Source: Treponemataceae bacterium (GTDB taxonomy: Bacteria > Spirochaetota > Spirochaetia > Treponematales > Rectinemataceae). From it: DNA of 64,000 bases. Below are positions 9,652 through 19,011 of the stretch, piece after piece. Made by a program: the position numbers and the translations under genes. The notes beneath the pieces were generated by a model. That model saw nothing but the letters and a program-made list of their open reading frames with translations, had not been told where the DNA came from and did not search any database. Within the stretch, counting starts at the first letter, position 1. Each line of letters starts with the position of its first letter. Location of the stretch: assembly GCA_963667725.2 (NCBI GenBank), contig CAXXHO010000003.1:1472001-1536000 (forward strand), in the 5' to 3' direction.

Positions 9652-10377
9652 TTACTCCCTGTAATGTTCCCAATATTTCTTCACATCCTCGATGAGGGAA
9701 TCCATATGTCCGCTGATACACGTTTCCGCCTTGTCCGGATCATGAGCCGTCAGGGCCTCGAGGATCGATCGATGGGCTGTCCTGTAGTTTCCTCCGACCC
9801 GGCTCCGCATGAACTCAAAGAGTTCAGACTGCTGCCCCATCATGGCAAGGATGCCGTAAAGCGCAACCAGAGCCGAATTGGTGGAAGCTTCGGCAATGCC
9901 GCGGTGGAAGGCAATATCGACTTCCGCGATGCTTTCGCCTCTCGCCGCTTTGGCTTCCTGTTCTTCCAGAATCTGCTTGAGGTGTTCCAGCTTCGCTTCC
10001 GTGATGTTCTCGGCGGCCAGGCGCACTGTCTCTCTCTCTATAGCCTTTCTTGCCTGCAGCACCATGATATATTCATCGAGAATCCGGCTATCTATTAGAT
10101 TCTCCAGCTCTTTCCTATGCATATCGAACGATTTATAGCTTTTCGCCCTCTCTATGGCCTTCAGCCCCTGTTTCGTCAGCACGCGGCCTTTGTTCGTCCT
10201 GCTTTCCACATAGCCGAGTGACTCAAGCCTGTATAGAATTCGCCCGATAGATGCTGAACTGACCTTGCAATTCCTTTTTTCGCACTCCTCCACGAGACTC
10301 CAGGATCCGAGAGGCTCACCCGCGTCGCGGATGAATTCGAGCACCATCAGATCTCGCTCGTCGAGATTGGTTTTCAC
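9652..10377 (-). CDS. Transcriptional regulator: winged-HTH plus FCD (FadR C-terminal) domain
   Basis: N-terminal EPLGSW..SIGRILYRLESLGYV..GRVLTKQG; C-terminal ARKAIE, DIAFH, HRSILEAL..HD. GTG 10377 chosen by AAGGA RBS. Confidence 0.85.
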   Translation of the reverse strand: MKTNLDERDLMVLEFIRDAGEPLGSWSLVEECEKRNCKVSSASIGRILYRLESLGYVESRTNKGRVLTKQGLKAIERAKSYKSFDMHRKELENLIDSRILDEYIMVLQARKAIERETVRLAAENITEAKLEHLKQILEEQEAKAARGESIAEVDIAFHRGIAEASTNSALVALYGILAMMGQQSELFEFMRSRVGGNYRTAHRSILEALTAHDPDKAETCISGHMDSLIEDVKKYWEHYRE

Positions 10378-10390
10378 GCGATAATTCCTT

Positions 10391-11575
10391 TCAGACGCTT
10401 TGGAAGCGCCCAGGAGCAAATTTTTCGAGAGAAAATTCCGGCGTCACTCCGCAGACGAGATCGGCCATCACCCTGCCAGTTATTGGCGATAGGGCAATGC
10501 CGTCGCCTTCGTGACCGGCGGCTATGAAGAAGCCCGGCGCGCCGGGGATCTCCCCGAGGAAGGGCATTCCATCCGGTGTCGAAGGCCGCAGGCCGGCGAA
10601 GGTCCTTATAAAGTTTATCTTTTCCATCACGGGGAAGAACCGCTTGGCTTGGGCGGCCAGCAAAGCGAGAGCGTCGGGATTGGTAGTCTTGTCGAAGCCA
10701 ACGTTCTCCCTTGTGGAGCCGATGAGATAGTTGCCGCTGTGCGTCCCCGTGAAAGCAAATCCCAGGCCAAACTTATCGCCGGGCTTGGCCGAGGCGTCTT
10801 TGGGAACCGCCTGCGGTCTCAACTTCGAGACAATATACTGAGCGCTCCAGACGTTGGTTTCCCCGAGCGGAGGAATGGATTCTGTGACAATGACCTGACC
10901 TTTCCGCGGTGTTATGGGCACCTCAAAGCCTATGAGTCTGGTGACTTCGTTTGCCCAGGCACCCGTCGCGTTGACGACACTTTCCGCCTCAACCACATCT
11001 CCCGTTGAGAGGCTGAGCACCCAATAACCATCGCGCTTAGCGATTTCAGTTGGCCTTGCCCGGTCCATAAATCTAAGGCCATGCTTTTTTGCGCCGAGAA
11101 GGAATCCCTTCATGAGGAGCATAGGGTTAACCTGGGAGTCGCGCTCGCTATACGTGGAAGCGATGATGTCCCTGGCAACCAGCGGCTGCAGCTCGCGAAG
11201 ACGTTTGGCGTCGATTATCTCGACCTTGAGGCCATAACTGTTCTGGCTGGCGACAAAGTCCTCCATTACCTTGAGATGCTCCTCATCCTCTATCAGGATG
11301 GTTCCGCCGTGGGTATCAAATTCAATATCGCAGGGAAGCTCCTGCTTCAGGCCTTCAAAAAGCTCCAGGCTCCTGAATGCCATTTCGAGAAGAATGCCAG
11401 GTTTCTTGGACTGGAGAAGGATCATGTCATCGCAGGAACCGGAAGCGCCGGCGCCCGGAACTACCTTGTCTATAAGAATCACGTTCTTACCGCGCTTGCA
11501 TAGTTCATAGGCTATGGATGTTCCATTGACGCCGGCGCCAAGCACCGCCACATCGCATTTCGTTGTCGCCATCAT
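10391..11575 (-). CDS. FAD-dependent D-amino acid/imino acid oxidase-family beta subunit (PdhB/OoxB/HcnC-like)
   Basis: VLGAGVNG, GASG, VNATGAWA, PRKGQ, FAGLRPSTPDGMP, GHEGDGIALSP. Confidence 0.92.
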   Translation of the reverse strand: MMATTKCDVAVLGAGVNGTSIAYELCKRGKNVILIDKVVPGAGASGSCDDMILLQSKKPGILLEMAFRSLELFEGLKQELPCDIEFDTHGGTILIEDEEHLKVMEDFVASQNSYGLKVEIIDAKRLRELQPLVARDIIASTYSERDSQVNPMLLMKGFLLGAKKHGLRFMDRARPTEIAKRDGYWVLSLSTGDVVEAESVVNATGAWANEVTRLIGFEVPITPRKGQVIVTESIPPLGETNVWSAQYIVSKLRPQAVPKDASAKPGDKFGLGFAFTGTHSGNYLIGSTRENVGFDKTTNPDALALLAAQAKRFFPVMEKINFIRTFAGLRPSTPDGMPFLGEIPGAPGFFIAAGHEGDGIALSPITGRVMADLVCGVTPEFSLEKFAPGRFQSV

Positions 11576-12304
11576 TTAGCCTCTGTCCTGAATCAAGCCG
11601 GAATGGATATATCCCGCAAGCGTCACGATGTCGAACACCGGCCTGCCGCAGGATTCCTGAATCGCCTTTCTGAAAGGGGGCATATTCGTACACTCCAAAA
11701 CTATGAAATTTATGTCGGGATGTCGATCCACGAGTCTGCGGGCGACACTTCTTAGCTCGGTTTCCGCCTTGCCTCTATCGAGACATGGTACTGAATCGAT
11801 GTCTCCCTTCTCTAGAAATACTCTCGTGAATTCTGGACTATCGTCCATTCCCGCTACCGCCAAGGGAAGCCCAGATGCTCCGCATTGGTCAAAATGCCGG
11901 CTGCCGAGCGAAGAAGCCCGCGCGGTCATTACTCCAATTTTTCCCTTTCCTCCGAAAAGCGAGAACAGAAAGGGAATCTGCAGGAGACTGGAAGTGAAAA
12001 CCGGAATACTGACCGCCGCCGCGAGCTCTTTCTGGAAGAGGACGAGAAAGCCGCAGCTTGTCGTTATGGCTTCCACGCCTTCCGCCTCAAGCTCCCGCGC
12101 CGCGGCGATGAAGGGATCGAGGAGAGCGGGGTCACCCTCCTCTACCACACGCTTCGGCGAAGCTCCCTCGACCTTGAGGTAGCGTACGGGAAAAGGAAAG
12201 GTACGGGCATTCCCTATGTCCCCGGGAATTCGGGGAAACCTCGTGTCCAGCATCAAGATGCCGAGAGATTGACCATAGGTTGTATACCCTCCCTTCGCGA
12301 TCAT
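11576..12304 (-). CDS. Asp/Glu/hydantoin racemase-superfamily protein
   Basis: Two catalytic-type Cys: TTSCGF and LECTNMPP. Confidence 0.85.
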   Translation of the reverse strand: MIAKGGYTTYGQSLGILMLDTRFPRIPGDIGNARTFPFPVRYLKVEGASPKRVVEEGDPALLDPFIAAARELEAEGVEAITTSCGFLVLFQKELAAAVSIPVFTSSLLQIPFLFSLFGGKGKIGVMTARASSLGSRHFDQCGASGLPLAVAGMDDSPEFTRVFLEKGDIDSVPCLDRGKAETELRSVARRLVDRHPDINFIVLECTNMPPFRKAIQESCGRPVFDIVTLAGYIHSGLIQDRG

Positions 12305-14214
12305 GCAAATGCCTCCATGTGGGCTTTGACCGCTTTCTTGTTGAGGATGAAGAAGGCGATCAGTATCACGGCGGAAGCAACGATTATGATGATCTGAGGA
12401 ACAAGCTGCGTCATGATGGAAACATTACAGACGAGGACGACGAGCGCGGCGGTAAAGACGCCCAGGAGCATCTGCAGCACTCTGCCGATATTTTTAAAGA
12501 GATAGCCCGTGAAGGTCGCGGACCAGAGCATGGAGATGATCAGACCCAGAAGGAAGGTCGCGAGGATATCCAGCGGAGTACCTTTCAGGATCAGGGCGTT
12601 ATTGTAGACGAATATGAAGGGAATAAGATAACCCATGATAGCCAGCATGGATGCCTCAACCCCAGTGGCCAGAGGTTTAGTGCCCGCAATAGCCGCTCCG
12701 CAATAGGACGCGATGCATACAGGAGGCGTTACCTCAGCCATTATGGCGAAATAGAATACGAAGAGATGGGCAGGCAGGACATCGATGCCGAGAGCCATCA
12801 TGGCCGGTCCACCGATCGTCACCGCGATAATGTACGCGGGTGTGCAGGGCAAACCCATGCCGAGCAGAAGGCATGTAAGCATGACGAGAATCAGCGCAGG
12901 AAGGAGGAAACCGCCCGAGAGGCTCTGGATGGCCGTGGCGATGCCGAGAGCCAAGCCTGTGTAGGTAACAACGCTGACAACTATGCCTGCGCCTGCGCAG
13001 GTAACGCCCAACATTATGCAGTTATAGCCGGAATTCTCAAAAATCTGAAAAAGCTTTTTCGGCGTAAGTCTCGTATCCTTGCGGAAAAAGCTGAGAACGA
13101 AGGACGAAGCGATCGAGTAGATGCAGGCTCCGAAAGGTGAATAGCCTATGACAAGGAAGGCGATAAGGACCACGAGGGGGAGGAGGAGATAAGAATCCAT
13201 GATGATCTGCTTCCAGGAGAGCATGTCCTTGGGATCCATCGCCTTGAGGTGTTCTTTGAGCGCTACGAAGTGCACTCGCCAGTAGATGCTCACATAGTAA
13301 AGGATCGCGCCCAAGGCTGCCGCCAGGGCTATCGTCGCATATGGGATATTCGTGATCTCAGACATCACGAAGGCTCCAGCGCCCATTATCGGCGGCATGA
13401 TGAGCCCTCCCGTCGATGCCGCGGCCTCAACGGCGCCGGCGAACTGGGGTCTGTATCCGAGCTTTTTCATGAGAGGTATGGTGAAGGTCCCCGTGGCGTA
13501 GACATTGGCCGACGCGACGCCCGATATGGAGCCGAAAAGGCCGGAACTGATGACGGCGATCTTGGCCGGACCGCCCGGCCCCCGCCCCGCGATCTTGGTG
13601 GCAAAATTGGTGAAAAACGCGCCGGTCTTCGTCGTTTCCATGAAACAGCCAAAAATGACGAAAATGGCAACAAAGGTCGCCGTAACGCCGGTGATCGCTC
13701 CGTAGATGCCCGTATCGGTCAGCAGATAATTCATCTCGACAATGCGGGCAAAACGTGTGGGCCTCGCATAAAAAATGCCTGGCAAATATGGGGCTACGAA
13801 AACGTAAAGAATAAAGACCCCGACCAGCACCGCCATGGCTGGCACGACGACACGCCGAATCGCCTCGAGGATGAGCAATATGTTTATGGTCCCCAGAACT
13901 ACTTGAAGTGTAGACACCGAGGAGACCATCTGCATTCGCATATTGAGCGGCTCATTGTAGATGATGATATAGAGGGCCGGCACGAAGGAGAGGAGGGCGA
14001 GCAGAACGTCCAAAATGGTCGGCCTGTCGACTGGAGACTTCGTTTTGGATGCCGGAAATAGGATGAAAGCCATTGGAAGCAGAAACAACAAATGAACGCC
14101 TCGCTGGACGCGGGGCTGCATGACGCCAAAAACCGCCGTGTAAAGATAGAACAGGGCGATTATGGCAGACCATATACCAACCAAGGTCTTGAGCGGACCT
14201 GTGAGTTTTCGCAT
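12301..14214 (-). CDS. TRAP transporter fused permease (TAXI-associated 4TM/12TM)
   Basis: GGPAKIAVISSGLFGSISG, EAAASTGGLIMPPIMGAGAF, AEVTPPVC. Confidence 0.95.
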   Translation of the reverse strand: MRKLTGPLKTLVGIWSAIIALFYLYTAVFGVMQPRVQRGVHLLFLLPMAFILFPASKTKSPVDRPTILDVLLALLSFVPALYIIIYNEPLNMRMQMVSSVSTLQVVLGTINILLILEAIRRVVVPAMAVLVGVFILYVFVAPYLPGIFYARPTRFARIVEMNYLLTDTGIYGAITGVTATFVAIFVIFGCFMETTKTGAFFTNFATKIAGRGPGGPAKIAVISSGLFGSISGVASANVYATGTFTIPLMKKLGYRPQFAGAVEAAASTGGLIMPPIMGAGAFVMSEITNIPYATIALAAALGAILYYVSIYWRVHFVALKEHLKAMDPKDMLSWKQIIMDSYLLLPLVVLIAFLVIGYSPFGACIYSIASSFVLSFFRKDTRLTPKKLFQIFENSGYNCIMLGVTCAGAGIVVSVVTYTGLALGIATAIQSLSGGFLLPALILVMLTCLLLGMGLPCTPAYIIAVTIGGPAMMALGIDVLPAHLFVFYFAIMAEVTPPVCIASYCGAAIAGTKPLATGVEASMLAIMGYLIPFIFVYNNALILKGTPLDILATFLLGLIISMLWSATFTGYLFKNIGRVLQMLLGVFTAALVVLVCNVSIMTQLVPQIIIIVASAVILIAFFILNKKAVKAHMEAFA

Positions 14215-14254
14215 AAATTCCCCTTTTGGAAAAAAACGGATCAGTCAGGGAACC

Positions 14255-14288
14255 GGAGCGGCGCTTCAGGTCTCTGAAACGCCGCTCC
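14255..14288 (-). promoter_or_regulatory. Intercistronic stem-loop after the TAXI gene
   Basis: Transcript GGAGCGGCGUUUCAG-agac-CUGAAGCGCCGCUCC with a U-G pair only on the minus strand. Confidence 0.6.
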
Positions 14289-14317
14289 AATCCAAGAAAA
14301 GCAGAATATAGAACGGA

Positions 14318-15340
14318 TTATTTCATCAAGCCCGCTTCGCGATAATACTTAAGGGCGCCTGGGTGCAGGGGGACCTGAACGGTGGTGCCGGCATTCTTGG
14401 GCTCGAAAACCTTATATCCTGCGCCCATCTGGAGCAGGAAGTCTTTGTTCTCGTTGAGAACTTTCGTGAGGACATAGACGACATCATCAGAAAGTTTCGG
14501 GCTGACAAGCATTTCTGTCGAATGACAGAGTGTCTGGATGTCGCTGGGCATACCTGTGTACGTGCCGCCGGGAACCCTGGCTAGTCCAGAATTGAGGGCG
14601 ACTGTTCCATAGGTGGTGGCGCAGAAATTGATGAGCTCATCGGAGAGCGCCATGAGGGTGGCGGGTCTGCCCATCGCCATTTCGGTGATGATTGCCGCGG
14701 GGAGTCCGACGCAGGTGAAGGCGTAATCGACGTGGCGGTCCTTGAAGAGGCTCGTCATGTCGCCATAGATGGCCTGGATCACCTTACCGCCGTTCTGTTT
14801 GATCTTGTCATAGGAAATGCCATAATGCTGGAGCACAAAGGAGGTCATGACATATTCGGAAGTACCGGTCATGGGTGCCGCGACGTTCAGTTTGTCGCCC
14901 TTCTTAACCTTGGCGACAAACTGGTCGAGGGTAGTGACGCCCTGATCCTTGGCGGCCAGGAAGTGATAGTAATCGACGGCGAGAGTGCCAGCAAAAGCCG
15001 AGATCCTCTTATATGACTTGTCATAGATCGGCGCCGTACCGTTAAAGGCTGCCTTGTCCACATAACCGACGCCCCAGGCTATATCGGCGTCTCCCTGATC
15101 GAGAGCGATGGGGTTGGCCACTCCGCCGCCCGGGACGACCTTGATAGTGATGCGAGGCTCTTTTTCATTGACAAGGCGCGCGAAACCGCCTGCCACCGTG
15201 TACCAGCCGCCGCCCATGCCGCCCGCTACCCATGTATAGGTTCCCGCTTTCATGTTCGCCGGACCTACCTGCGCGTAAGCCATACCCGCTGCGACAAAGC
15301 AAAGAACCAACAGCGCCAAGGGCTTCCCTAACTTTTTCAT
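14318..15340 (-). CDS. TAXI-family TRAP solute-binding protein
   Basis: Signal peptide, GGMGGGWY, GGGVAN, PLHPGALKYYRE. Confidence 0.95.
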   Translation of the reverse strand: MKKLGKPLALLVLCFVAAGMAYAQVGPANMKAGTYTWVAGGMGGGWYTVAGGFARLVNEKEPRITIKVVPGGGVANPIALDQGDADIAWGVGYVDKAAFNGTAPIYDKSYKRISAFAGTLAVDYYHFLAAKDQGVTTLDQFVAKVKKGDKLNVAAPMTGTSEYVMTSFVLQHYGISYDKIKQNGGKVIQAIYGDMTSLFKDRHVDYAFTCVGLPAAIITEMAMGRPATLMALSDELINFCATTYGTVALNSGLARVPGGTYTGMPSDIQTLCHSTEMLVSPKLSDDVVYVLTKVLNENKDFLLQMGAGYKVFEPKNAGTTVQVPLHPGALKYYREAGLMK

Positions 15341-15369
15341 GTGTGCCTCCTATGGAAATTTCTCTACCA

Positions 15370-15416
15370 CTCATCAGTAGATGAGCAATCGTACGACAAG
15401 TATTTGAACCTGTCAA
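15370..15416 (-). promoter_or_regulatory. Sigma-70 promoter plus palindromic operator for the 12-gene operon
   Basis: TTGACA(15416-11)-17 nt-TACGAT(15393-88); CTCATC-agta-GATGAG at 15370-15385 over the predicted start site. Confidence 0.7.
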
Positions 15417-15478
15417 GAAAAATTTATAGTATATTTATGCTGATTTACAGAGGGAAAACAAATTTTTATGAATAATTT

Positions 15479-17071
15479 TTACAAAATCGGGCGCTCAAAA
15501 ACCAATTTGCCGGCGACTGCCGTCGCTGAAACCTTTGTTATCCGAAGCGAGTTCTCATCATCCTCGATCAAATCGCCATCGAGAACGGTGAAGTCGGCCC
15601 ACTTTCCGGGCTCGAGGCTCCCCCTGCCGCCTTCCTCGAAATTGGCGCGCGCGGCCCAGATCGTCATGGCGCGCAGGGCATCGGCCCGGGACATGGCTTG
15701 CGAAGGCCTGTAGCCTCCTTCAGGCAGCCATGCGTCGTCCTTCCTGAAAACCGCCGAGCGGAAACCGCGCAGCGGTTCTAGTCTCTCTATGGGAAAGTCG
15801 CTGCCGTTGGCCAGCCAGCCGTTCTGCGCGAGGAGGTCGCGGTAGCGGTGCGAGCGGGACATGCGTTCATGTCCAAGACGCGTTTCGGTCCAGGCCATGT
15901 CGGAGGTGGCGTGGCTGGTCTGTACCGAGGGGATGATGTTGAGGCGGCCGAAACGCGGAAGGTCGTCGTCGTGGACAAGCTGGGCGTGCTCGACGCGCCA
16001 GCGCAGATCGTTGCCAGGTTCGAGAAATCTTTCGTAGGTATTGAGAACGAGGCGGGCGGCCGCGTCGCCGATGGCGTGGACATTCATCTGGAATCCGCTG
16101 GCCTTGGCGATTCCGCAGACACGCGCGAGCTCGTCGGGGTCCAGGGTAAAAAGGCCGCGGTTTCCAGGATCGTCGGCGTAGGGCTCCAGGAGACGCGCGC
16201 CCCGCGAGCCCAGGGCTCCGTCGGCGAACATCTTGAAAGACCTGACCGTGAGCCTATCGCCGGCACTAGGACCGCGCGACGCGAAATATTCGATATTCTC
16301 CAGGGTAGGCAGCAGCATGACATAGATGCGGATGGGGAGATCCCCCTCCCCCTGCATTTTTTCCATGAAGAGCGCGTCGTTTTTTTCGGTTCCGGCGTTG
16401 GAAACCGAGGTAAGCCCGGCGGCGAAGCACTTCTCCTGGGCGACGAGGAGGGCTTGCCTCGTGGTCGCTTCGCCAGGCGAGGGAATTACGCTTTTCACCC
16501 TGTCGACGGCGTTGTCCAGGAGAAGCCCTGTGGGACGGCCGCCCGAAACGACGATTGTCCCGCCGTCAATGCGGGACGCCGCGTCTATGCCCGCGGCGGA
16601 GAGGGCGGCGGAATTGGCCATGGCGGCGTGTCCGTCGACGCGGATCGCCAGGACAGGGACGCGGGGAAAGGCTCTATCGAGAAGCTCATTGCTGGGGAAT
16701 TGTCCCGATTCCCATGTGTTCTGGTCCCAGCCGCGGCCCTGGACCCAGGGCTCAGGGCTATTGGTGGCATGCGCGACAAGTCTCGCCACCGTTTCCTCCC
16801 AGGACCTAGCGCCGAAAAGCTGGGCGCGCTGAAGGACGTAGCCATAGCTCAGGAAGTGGCAGTGCGGATCCATGAAGCCAGGGTAGACGACGGCATTTCC
16901 GAAATCGAGCCGCCGTCGCGGCGAGAATGCCTCTTCCATATCGTCGCGCCTTCCGACGGCAATAACGCGGCCGAGGTCGACGGCCACGCACTCGGCGACG
17001 GAGAAGGCTTTATCCACGGTATAGATGCGGCGAGCGTTGACGATGAGATCGACTCGGGTCTTCATGCCCAT
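15479..17071 (-). CDS. Amidohydrolase 3 family (YtcJ-like)
   Basis: PGFMDPHCH, KMFADGALGS, HAIGD, RVEHAQ, GSDFP. Confidence 0.92.
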   Translation of the reverse strand: MGMKTRVDLIVNARRIYTVDKAFSVAECVAVDLGRVIAVGRRDDMEEAFSPRRRLDFGNAVVYPGFMDPHCHFLSYGYVLQRAQLFGARSWEETVARLVAHATNSPEPWVQGRGWDQNTWESGQFPSNELLDRAFPRVPVLAIRVDGHAAMANSAALSAAGIDAASRIDGGTIVVSGGRPTGLLLDNAVDRVKSVIPSPGEATTRQALLVAQEKCFAAGLTSVSNAGTEKNDALFMEKMQGEGDLPIRIYVMLLPTLENIEYFASRGPSAGDRLTVRSFKMFADGALGSRGARLLEPYADDPGNRGLFTLDPDELARVCGIAKASGFQMNVHAIGDAAARLVLNTYERFLEPGNDLRWRVEHAQLVHDDDLPRFGRLNIIPSVQTSHATSDMAWTETRLGHERMSRSHRYRDLLAQNGWLANGSDFPIERLEPLRGFRSAVFRKDDAWLPEGGYRPSQAMSRADALRAMTIWAARANFEEGGRGSLEPGKWADFTVLDGDLIEDDENSLRITKVSATAVAGKLVFERPIL

Positions 17072-17141
17072 TTCCCTGCCTTTGACATTCGCGTGCGTTT
17101 TTTCGAATATTATCGTATAGCAGTTTCCAAAGGAAAAACCA

Positions 17142-17645
17142 GTGCAAGAGTCAAACTTTTATGATTTCGAGGTCAAGTCCGGAAACGGCTCGGCCTTTTC
17201 ACTGAAGGGGCTCGAGGAAAAAGTCCTCCTCATCGTCAACACGGCGAGCAAGTGCGGCTTCACGCCTCAATACAAGGGGCTAGAGGAGCTGCACCGTAAG
17301 TATGGGGATAAGGGGCTCGTCGTCCTGGGCTTTCCCTGCGACCAGTTCGCCCATCAGGAACCGGGCAGCGACGAGGAAATCGCGAGTTTCTGCCAGGTAA
17401 ATTTCGGCGTCACCTTCCCGATCATGTCAAAGGTTCTCGTGAACGGACCCGACGCCCATCCCCTCTTCCTCCTCCTGCGCAAGCGCACCGCCGGCATCCT
17501 GGGCGATGCCGTCAAATGGAATTTCACGAAATTCCTCGTATCGCCGGGCGCCAGGCGGGTCAAGCGCTACGAATCCTTCGTGACGCCGGAAAAGCTCGAG
17601 GCTGACATCGAAAAAATGCTTACGTCGCGGCCGGTTGGCCAATAA
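17142..17645 (+). CDS. Glutathione peroxidase family protein
   Basis: VNTASKCGFTPQY, GFPCDQF, WNFTKFLV. Confidence 0.95.
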   Translation: MQESNFYDFEVKSGNGSAFSLKGLEEKVLLIVNTASKCGFTPQYKGLEELHRKYGDKGLVVLGFPCDQFAHQEPGSDEEIASFCQVNFGVTFPIMSKVLVNGPDAHPLFLLLRKRTAGILGDAVKWNFTKFLVSPGARRVKRYESFVTPEKLEADIEKMLTSRPVGQ

Positions 17646-17669
17646 GCCGCATTGATATGATCAATCGAT

Positions 17670-17700
17670 AAAAAAGGGCGCCCTTTCGGGGCGCCCTTTT
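17670..17700. terminator. Bidirectional intrinsic terminator
   Basis: AAAAAAGGGCGCCCT-TTCG-GGGCGCCCTTTT between convergent genes. Confidence 0.85.
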
Positions 17701-17725
17701 CGTGCAGAGAATGGATGGAATCCGC

Positions 17726-18847
17726 TCAGGCTTCCTGCTCGTTCCATTTGACGGGGAGGATGGACTTTTCGGTTTCCCTGTCAAAATATCGAGCCTTGCT
17801 CATCGTGGGATCGAAAACGATTTCGTCGCCATGTTTATAGACATAATGGGGACCAATGCGAGCGACCATGCCCTGGGTGGGCGTGGATGCCTGGAGATGA
17901 ATCTCGGCGCCGAGGGGCTCGACGACCGTGACCTTGGCCTTGATGACGCCGATTTCGAGTTTCTGGTTCGCCACATCGAGATCCTCGGGGCGGATGCCGA
18001 AGGAGACTTCCTTGCCGACATAGGGTTTCAGGAAGGATTCATGGGCGGCGTCAGGGATCAGCTTGAACGAGCCTTCGTCGATGATGACCTTTCCGCCTTC
18101 TTCCAGGACCTTGACGGTGAGGAAGTTCATGGGCGGGGATCCGATGAAACCGGCGACGAACTTGTTGATCGGATTGTTGTACATGTAGAGCGGCGAACCG
18201 ATCTGCTGTACGAGACCGTCCTTCATGACGACGATCTTGTCGCCCATGGTCATGGCTTCGACCTGGTCGTGGGTTACATAGATCATGGTGGCCTGGAGCT
18301 TGTCGTGGAGCTCGATCAGTTCGGCGCGCATCTGCACGCGGAGCTTGGCGTCGAGGTTGGACAGCGGCTCGTCGAAGAGGAATACCTTGGGCTTGCGGAC
18401 GATGGCGCGGCCTACGGCGACGCGCTGGCGTTGGCCGCCCGAAAGCTGTTTGGGCTTGCGGTCGAGGAGCTTTTCGATGTCGAGAATGCGGGCCGCTTCC
18501 TTGACGCGCTGGTCGATCTCGGCCTTGGGAATCTTGCGGATCTTGAGTCCGAACGCCATGTTGTCGTAGACGGACATATGGGGATAGAGGGCGTAATTCT
18601 GGAAGACCATCGCGATGTCGCGATCCTTGGGCGGAACATCGTTGACCAGTTTGCCGTCGATGTAGAGTTCGCCCTCGGTGATGTCCTCAAGACCTGCCAC
18701 CATTCGCAAGGTTGTCGTCTTGCCACATCCCGACGGGCCGACAAAAACGACGAACTCCTTGTCGTTGACGATGATGTTCGCGTCGCTCACGGCGCGGACG
18801 TTGCCATCGTACACTTTTCCGATCTTCTTCAATTCAACTTTGGCCAT
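17726..18847 (-). CDS. Sugar ABC transporter ATPase (MsmX/MalK/UgpC family), stand-alone
   Basis: GPSGCGKT, LSGGQRQR, DEPLSNLDAKLR, C-terminal TOBE-like region. Confidence 0.96.
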   Translation of the reverse strand: MAKVELKKIGKVYDGNVRAVSDANIIVNDKEFVVFVGPSGCGKTTTLRMVAGLEDITEGELYIDGKLVNDVPPKDRDIAMVFQNYALYPHMSVYDNMAFGLKIRKIPKAEIDQRVKEAARILDIEKLLDRKPKQLSGGQRQRVAVGRAIVRKPKVFLFDEPLSNLDAKLRVQMRAELIELHDKLQATMIYVTHDQVEAMTMGDKIVVMKDGLVQQIGSPLYMYNNPINKFVAGFIGSPPMNFLTVKVLEEGGKVIIDEGSFKLIPDAAHESFLKPYVGKEVSFGIRPEDLDVANQKLEIGVIKAKVTVVEPLGAEIHLQASTPTQGMVARIGPHYVYKHGDEIVFDPTMSKARYFDRETEKSILPVKWNEQEA

Positions 18848-19011
18848 ACTGCCTCCCTTTAGGGGTTTATGTTAGTTTGTCCAGTCTAACCCGATTTTCC
18901 CGACCGGTCAACGCTTAAAACACATCGAACGGCCCCACGAAAGAGGCGGACAGCGCGACGTTCACACCTATTCCTCAAAAATGAATTATATTAGTTTATG
19001 GAGGCTACACG

